51,180 bases of DNA from Acutalibacteraceae bacterium (GTDB taxonomy: Bacteria > Bacillota > Clostridia > Oscillospirales > Acutalibacteraceae): NCBI GenBank assembly GCA_045576915.1, contig JAZNHK010000213.1, positions 1 to 51,180 of the forward strand. The letters are read 5' to 3'. Each line of letters starts with the position of its first letter. Position 1 is the stretch's first letter. The translations under genes and the position numbers were made by a program. The notes below the pieces were generated by a model, which saw only the letters and a list, made by a program, of their open reading frames with translations, made no database searches and was not told the origin of the DNA. Shown piece after piece: positions 26,160 to 35,793 of this stretch.

Positions 26160-28490
26160 ATGTCAACAAAACTTTGGTATGATGAATTTGTAAACGAATG
26201 GATGTGGGCTTTGCCATTAGGTAACGGCAGAATAGGTGCTATGGCTTATGGTAATCCCGACTGTGAACAAATTGAAATAAATGAAGAATCTCTTTGGAGT
26301 GGCAAGCAGATTCAGGAAAAATACCATGCTTCACCCGAGGCATTAGCAAAAATTCGTCAGCTTATCCACGAAGAAAAGCTTAAAGAAGCTGCTCAACTGG
26401 CTCGTGAAACATTTTTATCCGACCCACCTGTTGTGCGTTCCTATGAAAGCTTCGGAGAAATTTTTGTTGATTTCCTCGATAAATCCCCCTACTCCAACTA
26501 CCGCAAGGAGTTGGAACTAAGTGAAGCTATTGCACGAGTTTATTGGACAAAGAGCAAGGCAAATTACAAAAGTGAATGTTTTATAAGCACAGATTTTGAT
26601 AGCTTTGTTTATAAGGTTGAAACTGATGGGAAGCCCTTTTCCTGCAACGTAACAGTAAAGAGAAAACAGGATGCTTACAGTGCTTGTATTGCACCCGACA
26701 CAATTATTATGAACGGCAGAACAGCCTACAATACCCACCACTATTATGGTGAGGGTGGTGAGGGTATGTCCTTTGGTGCAAAGCTCCGTATTAAAACAGA
26801 TGGTGAGCTTACCTCTGACCACAGCACAATTACTGTTATCAATGCAACATACGTTATAATTTTCAGTGCATTTGAAACAAACTATGACGTTAACAAATAC
26901 GATATTGATGAAACAATCAATTTCAAAAATAAATTAACCGAAACCATTGAGAAACTCTGTAGTGCAGAATATGAGGATATAAAAGAAAACCATATTTCAA
27001 CTCATAAAAAATGGTTCGGTAATGTTGAACTTAAGCTCGAAGAAACACCAATAAGTGCTCTCCCAACAAACAAAAGACTCAAAGAGCTTAAATGGGATGA
27101 ATACGACCCTGATTTATTCGCTCTTTACTATAATTTCGGCAGATATCTTTTAATTGAAAGCTCGGGCAAAAATGCTCGTCTTCCTGCCAACCTGCAGGGC
27201 ATCTGGTGTCACGATTTCAATCCACCCTGGGGTAGCGATTTCCACACCAATATAAATCTTCAGATGAACTATTGGCCAAGTGAAAGTGCAAACCTTTCAG
27301 GCACAAGTGCACCATTTATACATTTTATGAAAATGGTAAGCTCCTTTGGTTCCAAAACCGCAAAAGAGCTTTTTGGTGCAAGGGGTTGGGTAATTAACCA
27401 CACAACCGATGCTTTCGGCAGAACCGGTGTTCACGACAGTGTTGATTGTGGTTTCTTCCCTATGGCAGGTCCTTGGCTTTGTCTTAATCTCTGGGAGCAT
27501 TACGAATACACCAACAGCAAAGAATACCTTGAAGAAATATACCCTATTTTAAAAGGTTCCTGCGAATTTGTTCAGGATTATTTAACAGAAAACGAAAATG
27601 GTGAGCTCATCACCTCGCCCTCCAATTCGCCCGAAAACGAATTTCATTACATAGACGCCAATGGCGAAAAGCAAGAGAGTATGTTCACCGAGGGTGCAAC
27701 AATAGATTTCCAGATTATTTACGCTCTTTTCACCCGCACTGCTCACGCTTGCAAGGTGCTTGGTATTGACGAAGATTTTTCAAAAACGCTTTTTGAAGTT
27801 TTAGATAAGCTTCCCCCTATGGAAATAAGCGAACGTTACGGAACAATACGTGAATGGATTAAGGATTATGAAGAAACCGAACCCGGACACCGTCATATTT
27901 CTCACCTTTTTGGTCTTTTCCCTGCCGATCAGATTAACGAAAGTAACCCTGAAATATATGAGGCTGCAAAAAGAACTATTGCACGAAGAATTGAAAACGG
28001 CGGTGGTTCAACAGGTTGGTCCAGAGCCTGGACAATCTGCTTCTACACACGTCTTAAGGATGCTAAGAACTCTTACACTCACCTGAAATACCTGCTTGAA
28101 AAATGCACCGCCAACAACCTTTTTGACATTCATCCACCATTCCAGATTGATGGTAACTTTGGCGGTGTTGCAGCAATTACAGAAATGCTTCTTCAAAGTC
28201 ATCTGGGTTCACCCGACAACAGAATTGCAGAGCTTTTACCCGCTTTACCCGATGAATGGACTAATGGCTCAGTTAAGGGAATCAGAGCAAGAGGCAATTT
28301 AACCTTTGATTTAAGTTGGAACAATTCGCTTCTCAAAGAAGCAAAGGTTACCGCCGCACAAGACTCTGTAATAACCATTAAGTTAAATGATAAAACAAAG
28401 AATCTTAAATCAGACAAAGTTTTCACTATTGAAGATAACCTCTTTAAAGCAGAACTTTCTGCAGGTGAAACCATTACATTAACGAATTAA
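26160..28490 (+). CDS. Glycoside hydrolase family 95 (alpha-L-fucosidase-like)
   Basis: The N-terminus LWYDE...WMWALPLGNGRIGAMAYGN...EINEESLWSG is typical of GH95. The size is 776 aa. Confidence 0.8.
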   Translation: MSTKLWYDEFVNEWMWALPLGNGRIGAMAYGNPDCEQIEINEESLWSGKQIQEKYHASPEALAKIRQLIHEEKLKEAAQLARETFLSDPPVVRSYESFGEIFVDFLDKSPYSNYRKELELSEAIARVYWTKSKANYKSECFISTDFDSFVYKVETDGKPFSCNVTVKRKQDAYSACIAPDTIIMNGRTAYNTHHYYGEGGEGMSFGAKLRIKTDGELTSDHSTITVINATYVIIFSAFETNYDVNKYDIDETINFKNKLTETIEKLCSAEYEDIKENHISTHKKWFGNVELKLEETPISALPTNKRLKELKWDEYDPDLFALYYNFGRYLLIESSGKNARLPANLQGIWCHDFNPPWGSDFHTNINLQMNYWPSESANLSGTSAPFIHFMKMVSSFGSKTAKELFGARGWVINHTTDAFGRTGVHDSVDCGFFPMAGPWLCLNLWEHYEYTNSKEYLEEIYPILKGSCEFVQDYLTENENGELITSPSNSPENEFHYIDANGEKQESMFTEGATIDFQIIYALFTRTAHACKVLGIDEDFSKTLFEVLDKLPPMEISERYGTIREWIKDYEETEPGHRHISHLFGLFPADQINESNPEIYEAAKRTIARRIENGGGSTGWSRAWTICFYTRLKDAKNSYTHLKYLLEKCTANNLFDIHPPFQIDGNFGGVAAITEMLLQSHLGSPDNRIAELLPALPDEWTNGSVKGIRARGNLTFDLSWNNSLLKEAKVTAAQDSVITIKLNDKTKNLKSDKVFTIEDNLFKAELSAGETITLTN

Positions 28491-28509
28491 CTCTATTGGA
28501 GGTCCTTCA

Positions 28510-29658
28510 ATGTCAGAATTAAAGGATTTTATAACTAAGATTTTTGACAATGAAATAAACAAGGCGGTTATTAGCAAACCCATTTCAAAGCAAGGCGAAT
28601 TCAAAAAAATTACCATAAGCAGAATGCCTAAATTTTTCCAGATTGCAAAGCATACAGAAAAACAAGTTTTCCACGAAAATGTGCAATTTGATGAGGCTGC
28701 AAGTCGTGCATCCGAGCTTATGAAAAATGATTTTTTACAATTCAACGCGTGGGATAATGATAAAGAATATTACATAACCGCATCTAAAAACGGTAAACTT
28801 TTTTATAAAACAAGAAACACAGGTAACGAAACACCCTCTGCACCCGTTCAGCACAATCGTCAGAAAAAATATCTTCTCCCCGAAGGTAAGGTTATTGAAC
28901 CACTTGTTGATATGGGCATTTTCACAAAGGACGGCAAGGTTGTTAACTCAATGTATGACAAATACAAGCAGATTAACCGCCTTATTGAAATAATTGATGA
29001 TGGTGTGCGTCAGCAGAATTTAACTAGATTAAATATTATTGATTTCGGATGTGGTAAATCTTATTTAACTTTTATCGTTTACTATTATTTAACCGAAATT
29101 AAAAAAATTGATACTACCATAATCGGCCTTGACTTAAAAAAAGATGTTATTGAAAAATGCAACAAAGCAGCCCTGAAATACGGCTATAAAAATCTCCGCT
29201 TCGAGTTAGGCGATATCAATGGTTACAAATGTCCTTTTGATGTTGATATGGTAATTACTCTACACGCTTGTGACACCGCAACAGATTTTGCACTTTACAA
29301 CGCAGTTAACTGGGGTGCAAAAATGATATTCTCCGTACCCTGTTGCCAACACGAATTAAACCAGCAGATAAAAACCGAAAATCTTTCTGTTTTAACCCGT
29401 TACGGAATTATTCAGGAACGATTTTCTGCTTTGCTAACAGACAGTATCAGAGGAAATCTTCTTGAATACTGCGGTTATAAAACTCAGCTTTTAGAATTCA
29501 TTGATTTTGCACACACGCCTAAGAACATTCTTATCCGTGCAGTGCTTAAGGGCACTAACCCCAAATCCGCAAAGGAAAAGGCTTTGGGCGAAGTAAAAAA
29601 GGCTATGGAAGAATTCAACGTTGAGCCGACATTATACAAGTTACTTTTAGGTGATTAA
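28510..29658 (+). CDS. Class I SAM-dependent methyltransferase
   Basis: Motif I is IIDFGCGKSYLTF. A GGAGG RBS precedes the start. Confidence 0.65.
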   Translation: MSELKDFITKIFDNEINKAVISKPISKQGEFKKITISRMPKFFQIAKHTEKQVFHENVQFDEAASRASELMKNDFLQFNAWDNDKEYYITASKNGKLFYKTRNTGNETPSAPVQHNRQKKYLLPEGKVIEPLVDMGIFTKDGKVVNSMYDKYKQINRLIEIIDDGVRQQNLTRLNIIDFGCGKSYLTFIVYYYLTEIKKIDTTIIGLDLKKDVIEKCNKAALKYGYKNLRFELGDINGYKCPFDVDMVITLHACDTATDFALYNAVNWGAKMIFSVPCCQHELNQQIKTENLSVLTRYGIIQERFSALLTDSIRGNLLEYCGYKTQLLEFIDFAHTPKNILIRAVLKGTNPKSAKEKALGEVKKAMEEFNVEPTLYKLLLGD

Positions 29659-29661
29659 ATT

Positions 29662-30048
29662 ATGGATGATATCTTACTGCTTGGTGGTTTTTCATTAAGT
29701 ATCATTTTTGCTGTTTCGATTGGTATATGGATTGCTAAAATTACTAAAAAGCAACGAAAAGAATTGAAAAATGAAATCCCCAAAGAAATCAATTTAGACG
29801 AACCGCCCACAGAACCTTTAGTAAGAGCTGTAAAGGTAATTGACCAAAGTTGTTGTGCAAAGGTTGTGGGAACAAAACGTCCAAAAGCAGTTGAACAATT
29901 TATTATAACCCTTGAAGAACCTGACGGAAACATTTTTGATTTAGCAGTTCCCCACGAATGCTATGATGGTTTTGAAATCGGTCAGGTAGGAAAACTCTCA
30001 ACTGTAAATGGCGAACTTTACGGATTTGAACTTGAAGAAAAGAGATAA
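29662..30048 (+). CDS. Small membrane-anchored protein, DUF2500-like
   Basis: An N-terminal transmembrane helix is followed by a short soluble domain. The call rests on recall of the family pattern. Confidence 0.45.
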   Translation: MDDILLLGGFSLSIIFAVSIGIWIAKITKKQRKELKNEIPKEINLDEPPTEPLVRAVKVIDQSCCAKVVGTKRPKAVEQFIITLEEPDGNIFDLAVPHECYDGFEIGQVGKLSTVNGELYGFELEEKR

Positions 30049-30051
30049 TTT

Positions 30052-31215
30052 ATGAAAGAAAAAACTTCTTTAGTTTTCACAGGTGATATTGGCTTTGACC
30101 GATATTTTTACGGCAAATGGGATGACGAAAAGCTGATTTCAGAAGAAATTCTTGCTTTTCTGCACAGTGCTGACCACGTTATTCCTAATGTGGAGGGACC
30201 CATTGCTGATGCAGAACAAAACACCACCCGGAGTGGTGTTCAGCAATTGCTTCATACAATAGACCCAAAAGCCGTAAAGGTTCTGAAAAACATGGGTGCA
30301 GATATCTGGAATATCTGCAATAATCATATTATGGATGCAGGGCCTTATGGTATTGAAAGCACTTTAAAAGAAGCAAAAAACTTTGGTGCACAAACTATCG
30401 GTGCGGGAATGAATATTCTGGAAGCACGAAAGCCTGTTATCATTGATGAAGCGGGCGGAATCGGTCTTTTTGGTGTTGGTTACCAGCGTGCCTGCCGAAA
30501 GGCGGACGTTGACAAACCTGGTTGCTATAGCTGGAGTGACCTTGATGCAATTCAGGACACCATAAACGAAATTAAAACAAAATGTCGTTGGTGTATTGTT
30601 GTTGCCCACGCGGGTGAGGAATTCACGCCCCTTCCCTCTCCCTACACAAGAGAACGTTATCACAAATATCTTGAAATGGGTGCCGATATTGTTGTTGGCC
30701 ACCACCCCCACGTACCAATGAACTATGAAACCGTAGGGGATAAAATAATTTTCTATTCTTTAGGGAATTTTATTTTTGATACAGACTACCAACGTTCACA
30801 ATTCAATACTGAATTCGGTATTATTGTTAAGCTGAATTTTACCGAGAATGAATTTTCTTACGAACCTATGGGTCTTAAAATTGTTCGTGGTGAGGAACGC
30901 ATTGTAAAAGATGAGTTACCGAGAATTTTTGTTGATGTTCAGGAAGAAGAATATAATTTGCTTTCTCCCCTTTCTGCAAAAATGCATATTGAAGCTACAA
31001 AACGTCAGATGACCTACCTGAAGCCTGAAGAATTCAAGGGTGCAACAGAAGAAAAATGGAAAGAACATTTTTCCGAGGAATTGAGGACAGGGCGTGTCCC
31101 CGGCGAAACACTTGATTTTTTTATTCTTTGTCCATTAGCCCAGAAAGCTGAAAATGACGACTGGAAAAAGAGCAAGCTTGAAGACGTAAAAAAATATATT
31201 TTAGAACAAATGTAA
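30052..31215 (+). CDS. CapA-family metallophosphatase-fold protein (poly-gamma-glutamate capsule synthesis-like)
   Basis: Motifs FTGDIGFDR, NVEGPI, NNHIMD, VVAHAGEEF, VVGHHPHV and SLGNFIFD are present. Confidence 0.7.
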   Translation: MKEKTSLVFTGDIGFDRYFYGKWDDEKLISEEILAFLHSADHVIPNVEGPIADAEQNTTRSGVQQLLHTIDPKAVKVLKNMGADIWNICNNHIMDAGPYGIESTLKEAKNFGAQTIGAGMNILEARKPVIIDEAGGIGLFGVGYQRACRKADVDKPGCYSWSDLDAIQDTINEIKTKCRWCIVVAHAGEEFTPLPSPYTRERYHKYLEMGADIVVGHHPHVPMNYETVGDKIIFYSLGNFIFDTDYQRSQFNTEFGIIVKLNFTENEFSYEPMGLKIVRGEERIVKDELPRIFVDVQEEEYNLLSPLSAKMHIEATKRQMTYLKPEEFKGATEEKWKEHFSEELRTGRVPGETLDFFILCPLAQKAENDDWKKSKLEDVKKYILEQM

Positions 31216-31222
31216 AAAAGCA

Positions 31223-31256
31223 ACTCACACTCCAAAAAGGAATGTGAGTCTTTTTT
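31223..31256. terminator. Intrinsic terminator between convergent genes
   Basis: The stem pairs ACTCACACTCC with GGAATGTGAGT, with one mismatch. A TTTTTT run follows. Confidence 0.65.
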
Positions 31257-32046
31257 ATATGCACAAATTAAATTTATCGCTTTCTTGTAAATCAAGATTT
31301 GTAATGATATTTTCAAAATTTTCTTTCGCACCGTCAAGTGCTTCTGTTTTGTGGGAATCGCTACCCAAATAGAACTTGCATCCGCAATCCTTTGCTATGT
31401 AATACGGGCGAAGCATTATGCTCTTTTCCTCTTCGGAAGAAAAAATACTTTTCATATTAAGCTCAATTCCCACACCCTTTTTTGCACATTTACTAAAAAC
31501 GTCATAAAGGCTTTCATCAGTAAGCAGTTTAATAACCTCTGCAGTTCTGTTTTTAAAAATATGTCCACATGTAAGGTGAGCAACACCTGTTTTATGCCAA
31601 GGTAAATTTTTCTCTGTTAAAGCATTTAACCTTTCAATCCAATGTTTTGCTGCTTCCTCGGGTGTTTCTATCTTTTTTCTAACAGTATTACCTGCAAGGT
31701 GCAAATGAGTTGTTGAAACAATTATAAAATCAAGGGTATCAAATCTTTTTTCGCTTACGCCAACAATATGATCAAAATCCATATCAACCTCTGCACCCAA
31801 TAAAAATTTTGTGTTTTTGCTTTGGGGCAAAGGCAAAACCGATGTTATGCAAGAAAATCGTTGTTTTTCGTGCCACTCTGCTTTACTGTCAACCAATTCA
31901 TCCCACAAATGATTGGTAAGGCAGATTTTTTTAAGACTGTTTTCCTGTGCATATTGAAAAATTCTTTCAGGTGTTTGGTTTTCATCGTGGCAACAAGGGG
32001 AAACAGTTGAATGTATATGAAAATCGTGGTCCGCAATATATCTCAT
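31255..32046 (-). CDS. PHP-domain phosphoesterase (histidinol-phosphatase-like)
   Basis: The DFHIHSTVSPC motif lies at the N-terminus of a 263-aa protein. Confidence 0.6.
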   Translation of the reverse strand: MRYIADHDFHIHSTVSPCCHDENQTPERIFQYAQENSLKKICLTNHLWDELVDSKAEWHEKQRFSCITSVLPLPQSKNTKFLLGAEVDMDFDHIVGVSEKRFDTLDFIIVSTTHLHLAGNTVRKKIETPEEAAKHWIERLNALTEKNLPWHKTGVAHLTCGHIFKNRTAEVIKLLTDESLYDVFSKCAKKGVGIELNMKSIFSSEEEKSIMLRPYYIAKDCGCKFYLGSDSHKTEALDGAKENFENIITNLDLQESDKFNLCI

Positions 32047-32164
32047 AAAATCATCTCCGTAAATATATTAACACAAGTATTTTTTTATATCAATAAATAA
32101 AAATATTGCTTTATCATTTAAAATGGTATATTCTATATTAAGAGTATCTACGGAGGAGAAAATC

Positions 32165-33277
32165 ATGGCTTTAAAATTTGATTCAAAGGGTAAATTTAAA
32201 ATAATGCACATTACGGACACTCATATTGAGGATGAAAACATCGATATGTCCCTCTGGCTTATAAATGAATCCTTAAAAAAGGAGAAACCCCATATTGCAG
32301 TTGTTACAGGAGACAATGTCCAGAATTATCCTGATGCAGAAAAAACCAAGGGCTACATCACCCGTCTTATGAATATATTTTCAGAACATAATATTCCCGT
32401 CGCAATAACATTCGGTAACCACGATTCCGAAACGGGTGCATTATCAAGAGAAGAGCTTATGGAATATTATAATTCCTTCTCTTGCTCTGTCAGCAAAGAT
32501 TTGAAAAACCTTCCCGACTGTGCTACATACAATGTTCCTGTGCTTTCCTCTGATGGTTCAAAGGTTAAATTTAATCTTTGGGTTTTTGATTCCAATGATT
32601 ATGATGATGAGGGCCACTATGGCTGCGTTCTTCCAAATCAGGTGGATTGGTACAAAACAAAGTCAGACGAGATAACCGCAGAAAATGGTGGAGAAAAGGT
32701 ATACTCTCTGGCTTTCCAGCACATTATTGTTGATGATATTTACGAAGCACTTACAAAGGTAACAAAAAGAAAGCTTTATTCATTCCCTCACATGTATAAC
32801 AAAAAAGACTTCTATATGTTCAATCCAAAATTCAAGAATTTCGGCACGCTTAATGAAACACCCTGTAGCGGCTTCCATAACTACGGTCAGTTTGCAGCAA
32901 TGGTAGAAAAAGGTAATGTTCTCGGTATTTTCACAGGTCACGACCACACTAATGCTTTCGGTGTAAAGTATAAAGGAATTGATATTGTAAACTCATTAAG
33001 CACCCGTTATAATGATGACAGATTTTCTTCTCAATATGGCTATCGTATTCTTGAGGTCGATGAAAATGACACATCAAAATACACAAGCAGGGTTGAACGT
33101 TGGTATAATATGTTCACCTTTAAGGATTTAAAGAAAATCAAAGAAAACGGAAGCGAATTTGATTACAAAACTGCAAAAAGCGTTACAATCAAGGGTATTC
33201 CCCAAAGAATTTACACAAAAACAGGCAGAGTTTTCTGCCACCTTGTAACAGGAAGAAAAAATACTTACAAACACTAA
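32165..33277 (+). CDS. Metallophosphoesterase (Dcr2-like), paralog A
   Basis: Motifs KFKIMHITDTH, VVTGDNV, FGNHD and GHDHTNAF are present. The start is set after GGAGGAG. Confidence 0.75.
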   Translation: MALKFDSKGKFKIMHITDTHIEDENIDMSLWLINESLKKEKPHIAVVTGDNVQNYPDAEKTKGYITRLMNIFSEHNIPVAITFGNHDSETGALSREELMEYYNSFSCSVSKDLKNLPDCATYNVPVLSSDGSKVKFNLWVFDSNDYDDEGHYGCVLPNQVDWYKTKSDEITAENGGEKVYSLAFQHIIVDDIYEALTKVTKRKLYSFPHMYNKKDFYMFNPKFKNFGTLNETPCSGFHNYGQFAAMVEKGNVLGIFTGHDHTNAFGVKYKGIDIVNSLSTRYNDDRFSSQYGYRILEVDENDTSKYTSRVERWYNMFTFKDLKKIKENGSEFDYKTAKSVTIKGIPQRIYTKTGRVFCHLVTGRKNTYKH

Positions 33278-33350
33278 AACACCTACCCTCTCTTTTTCAT
33301 ATTATAGTAAGGTACAAAAACCATCACTTTATGAAAAGGAGAGGATTTTT

Positions 33351-33833
33351 TTGCGAGAAAAAATTTATGACAGAATTTCCGCGGTAGCTTATGCACGAAG
33401 ATGGGCATTGAGCAGAAACCCGGATTTTTATGACTTTCACGGCATTGGCGGTGATTGCACCAATTTTGTTTCACAATGCATTTACGCAGGGGCAAATATA
33501 ATGAATTATACCCCTGTTTTCGGTTGGTATTACATTTCGCTTTCCGACCGTGCACCTGCCTGGAGTGGTGTGGAATTTTTATATAATTTTCTGACAACCA
33601 ACACATCTGTGGGGCCTTATGCCCGAGAAGTAACCGAAGCAGAAATTCAACCCGGCGATATTATTCAATTAGGAAGAGCTGACGGAGATTATTACCATAC
33701 TCTTGTTGTTACCGAAACTACTCCGCAAATCCTTATTGCCGCTCATACCAATGATGCTCTTGACAGACCCTTATCATCATATAATTATTACACAGCCCGA
33801 TTTTTGCACATTGATGGTGTAAGAATCTGGTGA
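33351..33833 (+). CDS. Putative amidase-domain protein (Amidase_6-like)
   Basis: The AVAYARRWALSRNPDFYDF...GGDCTNFVSQCIYAG pattern is present. The start codon is TTG and follows AAGGAGAGG. Confidence 0.6.
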   Translation: MREKIYDRISAVAYARRWALSRNPDFYDFHGIGGDCTNFVSQCIYAGANIMNYTPVFGWYYISLSDRAPAWSGVEFLYNFLTTNTSVGPYAREVTEAEIQPGDIIQLGRADGDYYHTLVVTETTPQILIAAHTNDALDRPLSSYNYYTARFLHIDGVRIW

Positions 33834-33839
33834 AATTTA

Positions 33840-33878
33840 AAAACCGAGGATTTAATTTTTCGTTAAATCCTCGGTTTT
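33840..33878. terminator. Bidirectional intrinsic terminator
   Basis: A 16-bp stem pairs AAAACCGAGGATTTAA with TTAAATCCTCGGTTTT. Confidence 0.8.
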
Positions 33879-33882
33879 ACAT

Positions 33883-34767
33883 TTAATCTTCAACCATATT
33901 TTTAATTTTTTCAGGTGTTGGCAAATTCTCAAAATTATAGAATTTTCTTGCATTTTCGCCTAAAAGTAATTTTTTATCACATTCAGAAATTTCGGTTGTT
34001 TTTTCAATAAAATCAAGGCTCATTTTGTAGGTTATGGCAGTCATTGTACGAGGATAGTCGCTCCCCCACATAAGTTTTTCAAAACCAACAAGCGCTGCCG
34101 CTTCTTTAATTGCCTTAATTGCTGATGGATATGGGTAAAACTCACTATTGAAAAGCCAGGTTATTCCACCACTTTCAATAAAAACATTTTTGTTTTTTGC
34201 AAGTTTTATCTGCTCCAACCAACCCGCTCTTGTAACCATTCCAAAATGTCCGATTGCAATTCTCAAATCCGGGAATTGAGAAATAATTTTCCGCATCATT
34301 TCAGTCTGCTCATCACCATCTGCCAAATCAATAGAAATAAACTTACCATTTTCATTTGCAATTTTAAAAGGCTCTATGTGATTAAGTAAATTTTTATCTT
34401 TAAGCCTTGAAGCACATATTTTTATTCCGTCAAATCTTGAAATGTCACCCATTTTCTTTTCTTCATACAAAGCACAAATTTTAAGACGACCGCCAAAAGC
34501 CTTTTTACTTTCAAAAAGATATTCATCCTGATTACCGTCTATATATTCCTGCGTAATAACCGCACCGGAAACTCCCGCATAATCCATATTTGCAATAAAT
34601 ATCCGAGCAGAGTTTTCACCATCAGTCATATATGGTGGCATCATCTGACGAATTTCTCCGCCAAAATCACTTTTACCACCGCCAATATTGTAAACAGGTT
34701 TACCATTTACTATACCATTCTGCTTTTTCCACAAATGAGCGTGTGCGTCAATAATCATTTTAATCAC
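33883..34767 (-). CDS. Amidohydrolase-2 family TIM-barrel hydrolase (COG3618-like, possibly a sugar lactonase)
   Basis: The IIDAHAHLW N-terminus is present in a 294-aa protein. The start overlaps the upstream dehydrogenase stop by 8 nt. Confidence 0.6.
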   Translation of the reverse strand: MIKMIIDAHAHLWKKQNGIVNGKPVYNIGGGKSDFGGEIRQMMPPYMTDGENSARIFIANMDYAGVSGAVITQEYIDGNQDEYLFESKKAFGGRLKICALYEEKKMGDISRFDGIKICASRLKDKNLLNHIEPFKIANENGKFISIDLADGDEQTEMMRKIISQFPDLRIAIGHFGMVTRAGWLEQIKLAKNKNVFIESGGITWLFNSEFYPYPSAIKAIKEAAALVGFEKLMWGSDYPRTMTAITYKMSLDFIEKTTEISECDKKLLLGENARKFYNFENLPTPEKIKNMVED

Positions 34768-35779
34768 CGATTTTTATAAGAATTTTTGCAAGAGTTCCGT
34801 CATTATCAGCCAATGCCTTGAATGCATCCAGAGCGTCTGCCATATCATAAACTCTGCTTACCATTTTCATAACATCGCATTTACCATCTGCAACAAGGTC
34901 TATATTGTTTATAAAATCTTCTTTAAGAGCATTTCTGCTACCGTAAATATTCAGTTCCTTTTTGAGAATGATTGAATGAACAAAACTGGTTTCTCTTTTC
35001 CCGTTCCCGATAAGAATAACATTACCTGCAAATGCACAGCACTCGATGCATCCTAAAAATGTTTCGGGTGCACCGCAAGCTTCAATGCAAACATCGAAGC
35101 CTTTACCGTGTGTAAATTCATTTGTAAACTCTTCAAGTGACCGTGTTCTTGTGTTAACAACCGCAGTAGCACCATATTCCTTTGCAAGCTCAAGGCGGTT
35201 ATCAAGTATATCCGCAACAATAACCTTTTTACATTTTGCCTTTGCCGCAAGAAGAGCAAAAAGCCCGATAGGTCCTGCACCGATAACAAGAACACTATCA
35301 CTTTCTTTTATTATCGCACGGGAAATTGCGTGCTGTGAGATGGAAAATGGTTCAATTAACGCCAATTCCTCTGCACTTAAACCTTTACCTTTATAAATTC
35401 TTTCAACAGGCATTGATATATACTCGCAAAAAGCACCGTCACGCTGTACACCCATTGTTTGATTATCTGTGCAGCAGTTCACAAAACCACGCTCACAGGA
35501 ATAGCAAGTGCCACAGTTAAAATAAGGGTTGCACGTTACAATATCACCCTTTTTCAAGCCCTTATCATTTTCGGGAATTTCAACAATTTCAGCTGAAAAT
35601 TCGTGACCCGGAATTCTTGGATATGTAGTAAAAGGTTGGTTACCCGTAAAGGATGCCACATCCGCACCACAGATACCCACATACTTCACTTTTAAAAGAG
35701 CTTCACCCTCTTTTACTTCAGGCATCGGCACTTCTATTATTTCAATTTCATTTGGATTTGGTATAACAATTGCTTTCAT
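34760..35779 (-). CDS. Zn-dependent medium-chain dehydrogenase (sorbitol/threonine dehydrogenase-like)
   Basis: Motifs GICGADV and GHEFSAE are present, along with the structural-Zn motif CGTCYSCERGFVNCC and the NAD-binding motif VIGAGPIG. Confidence 0.8.
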   Translation of the reverse strand: MKAIVIPNPNEIEIIEVPMPEVKEGEALLKVKYVGICGADVASFTGNQPFTTYPRIPGHEFSAEIVEIPENDKGLKKGDIVTCNPYFNCGTCYSCERGFVNCCTDNQTMGVQRDGAFCEYISMPVERIYKGKGLSAEELALIEPFSISQHAISRAIIKESDSVLVIGAGPIGLFALLAAKAKCKKVIVADILDNRLELAKEYGATAVVNTRTRSLEEFTNEFTHGKGFDVCIEACGAPETFLGCIECCAFAGNVILIGNGKRETSFVHSIILKKELNIYGSRNALKEDFINNIDLVADGKCDVMKMVSRVYDMADALDAFKALADNDGTLAKILIKIGD

Positions 35780-35793
35780 TTTTATCTGCCCTC

